Source of the DNA: a virus
Taxonomy: Duplodnaviria; Caudoviricetes
Strand: one strand, 5' to 3'
DNA length: 27,093 nt
Virus record (IMG/VR): IMGVR_UViG_3300027806_000816
Location: 1 to 27,093 of that record
This document shows positions 25,415 through 27,093 of the stretch, piece by piece (position 1 is the stretch's first letter; each line of letters opens with the position of its first letter). Under the pieces are notes generated by a model. It was not told the DNA's origin. It worked only from the letters and a program-made list of their open reading frames with translations, and made no database searches. The position numbers and the translations under genes are program-made.

Positions 25415-26116
25415 TTATTCTTCAAATACATATGACCAATAACGAGAATCACTTTTGTTTTGTTTGGCGTCCCAAAAAATAGATCGTGCAATATACGCAG
25501 GAACACCTATTTTGCCACAATTAACACTCCAGTGTCTTTCCATTTTCTTATACAAATCAAGACCCTTTTTGGATTGATACGTTAATGTTTTCATACCATA
25601 AAGTTCCAGCATATGAGTATCTCCGCAAAAAACTCTACACTCATTAGGATGGGACTGCTCAAGAGCAAAAGACACTTTAGCAGTTCCTAGACCAGATATA
25701 TTATTCACAATCCAGTCTCTTTTCTTAACATGATATTTTTTAGTTGTCAGATAAAAGTTTTTAGGATTGGCCCAAAACTTATCTTTGAAATCCCAAATAA
25801 ATTTTGTGCGGTTATTGTAAAGTCCGCATCCACTATTCTTGATCTTTTCTCTTAGAAGTTCTTTATTGTCTAGCCAGTCACCGAAATTCTTAATGGCATT
25901 ATATCCAGCAACATTAGATTTCCATGTTGTATGGACACTCATAAAACTAAATAGATAACGACGAAAAATTTCGTCATTGTTATTTGGACGAATACTCTCC
26001 CAATATTCCTTATAACTAACAACTTTATCTTTAGGAAAACTCTTAAAGAAAAGATCTGCTTTAGTGGTATCCATAGTAGTATTCTGAACCGGAATAACTG
26101 TGTTATCAACAATCAT
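25415..26116 (-). CDS. HhH-GPD DNA glycosylase, OGG2-like (start ATG 26116)
   Basis: LFSFMS, GLYNNRTKFI, RDWIVNNISGLGTAKVSFAL ~ OGG2 REWLVKNVKGIGYKEASHFL, GDTHML ~ LDRHIL; SD GGAGG. Confidence 0.78.
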   Translation of the reverse strand: MIVDNTVIPVQNTTMDTTKADLFFKSFPKDKVVSYKEYWESIRPNNNDEIFRRYLFSFMSVHTTWKSNVAGYNAIKNFGDWLDNKELLREKIKNSGCGLYNNRTKFIWDFKDKFWANPKNFYLTTKKYHVKKRDWIVNNISGLGTAKVSFALEQSHPNECRVFCGDTHMLELYGMKTLTYQSKKGLDLYKKMERHWSVNCGKIGVPAYIARSIFWDAKQNKSDSRYWSYVFEE

Positions 26117-26144
26117 AGTTTCCTCCAAATGTGACGATACTACG

Positions 26145-26173
26145 ATTCTACCTTGCTAGTATCGTCTTGTCAA
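26145..26173 (-). promoter_or_regulatory. sigma70 promoter TTGACA-N17-TAGAAT with overlapping 10-bp inverted repeat
   Basis: Boxes seen directly; IR gacgatacta 26133-26142 / tagtatcgtc 26157-26166. Confidence 0.82.
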
Positions 26174-26184
26174 GACCCGTTTCT

Positions 26185-27093
26185 TTAGATAGTTCTCTCA
26201 GAACCATGCAAAAATTTAAAAGTAGGGAAACGTAAACTCAAGCCACCTTCTTGGTTTTTAGTTTCTTCAAAATACTGCACGGTTATTTGCTTGCCGCGAA
26301 TCTTATTCGGATTCTTATAAAAGTCTTGACGTTGATCAATAGTGAAACCACTACCTACTCTTACGTCATAGCCTTTATGTTTAATGGTTACACAACTTAG
26401 CATAATTTCTTCGTGTTCTTTTCCATCAAGAACATAACGAAATGGCCCCATTTCAATATCAATCACTTCATATTCGTCATCAAAGAATTTCTTAACTTTG
26501 AGCAAGTCTTTGCTACGCTTACCTTTATATGGCTCATCTGCTCGTAGCATAACTCCTTCCCAACCATTATCTGCTGCTTCTTTGACCCATTCCTGAAAAT
26601 GTTCATTATTATGAATCAGTTCTTGTTCAAGTACAGTCAAGCATGGACATTCGTTGGTTTGCATCACAGAACAGAGATTAGAGTATCTGATAGAATATGG
26701 TCTATTTCTCTCGCCCTTTTTACTATAAAATTCATCAATAGTAATCATATCAAAAATCTTGAATGAGGGATTGGGAATAGTATGATCTTTCTTACGAAGT
26801 TCTTTCATTACTCCTTGAAAATCCTCGTTACCATTCTCATCAACCAAACAAAGTTCCCCGTCCAATACTACATTAGAAATTCCAAGACTCTTAATGCCGT
26901 CCCGAACAACATCAAGTGTATCAAAAATTTTGCCGGTACGGGAATAGAAGGTAGTATCACCGCTGCTATCAACAATGCCGATACATCTAGCACCATCAAT
27001 CTTTCTGCTAACATACCAACCATCCTCCCAGTCTACAAGTTTAGGTTCATATTTATCAGCAAGAGCCACACTAAATTCTGGAATATGATCCTT
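26185..27093 (-). CDS. lig: ATP-dependent DNA ligase (5' end outside the window)
   Basis: SRKIDGARC (motif I), VLDGEL, FDMI, EGVMLR, KRSKDLLKVK, VGSGF, SLRFPTF; frame stays open upstream of 27069. Confidence 0.96.
   Translation of the reverse strand, partial: KDHIPEFSVALADKYEPKLVDWEDGWYVSRKIDGARCIGIVDSSGDTTFYSRTGKIFDTLDVVRDGIKSLGISNVVLDGELCLVDENGNEDFQGVMKELRKKDHTIPNPSFKIFDMITIDEFYSKKGERNRPYSIRYSNLCSVMQTNECPCLTVLEQELIHNNEHFQEWVKEAADNGWEGVMLRADEPYKGKRSKDLLKVKKFFDDEYEVIDIEMGPFRYVLDGKEHEEIMLSCVTIKHKGYDVRVGSGFTIDQRQDFYKNPNKIRGKQITVQYFEETKNQEGGLSLRFPTFKFLHGSERTI

Noticed and set aside
546-25442. All + strand ORFs in the track and nested minus ORFs (1607..1801, 4533..4730, 21325..21534)
   Set aside because: Shadows of well-supported minus-strand genes; no recognisable motifs
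1-27093. Stop-codon reassignment
   Set aside because: TAG, TGA and TAA all end genes at tight junctions; conserved enzymes are full length in code 11; the one internal TAG is in a relic
1-27093. CRISPR array, integrase/transposase, intron or intein
   Set aside because: No spaced direct repeats or such domains seen; the GuaC insertion is too short and lacks intein motifs
1-27093. Eukaryotic giant virus or bacterial chromosome origin
   Set aside because: SD sites, sigma70 promoters, rIIA/rIIB and one-strand packing of mostly hypothetical genes indicate a bacteriophage

Overview
A 27 kb slice of a large, AT-rich dsDNA bacteriophage genome (Caudoviricetes-like, standard genetic code). About 45 tightly packed genes all lie on the minus strand. 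Recognisable genes include an ATP-dependent DNA ligase (truncated by the window), an HhH DNA glycosylase, a kinase-like protein, rIIA/rIIB, RuvB, three protease families (S1, S8, ClpP) and a macrodomain protein. There is also a glycan-modification cluster (glf, DUF5672, 2x DUF3431, methyltransferase, GT4), GMP reductase, a nucleoside deoxyribosyltransferase-like protein, a sigma70-type factor and a catalytically dead DeoC homologue. The most interesting signals are non-coding. (1) A sigma70-driven unit runs structured leader - small HTH gene - 92-nt G:U-rich hairpin - tRNA-Leu(UAA). The hairpin loop is exactly complementary (13 nt) to the Shine-Dalgarno and start codon of that same HTH gene, and the hairpin ends 1 nt before the tRNA. 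(2) A D-armless tRNA-like element sits right after rIIB. (3) A GGA-rich structured stretch lies antisense to a gene and shares a 13-mer with the rIIA leader. Family assignments come from motif recognition by eye. No searches or folding programs were run.
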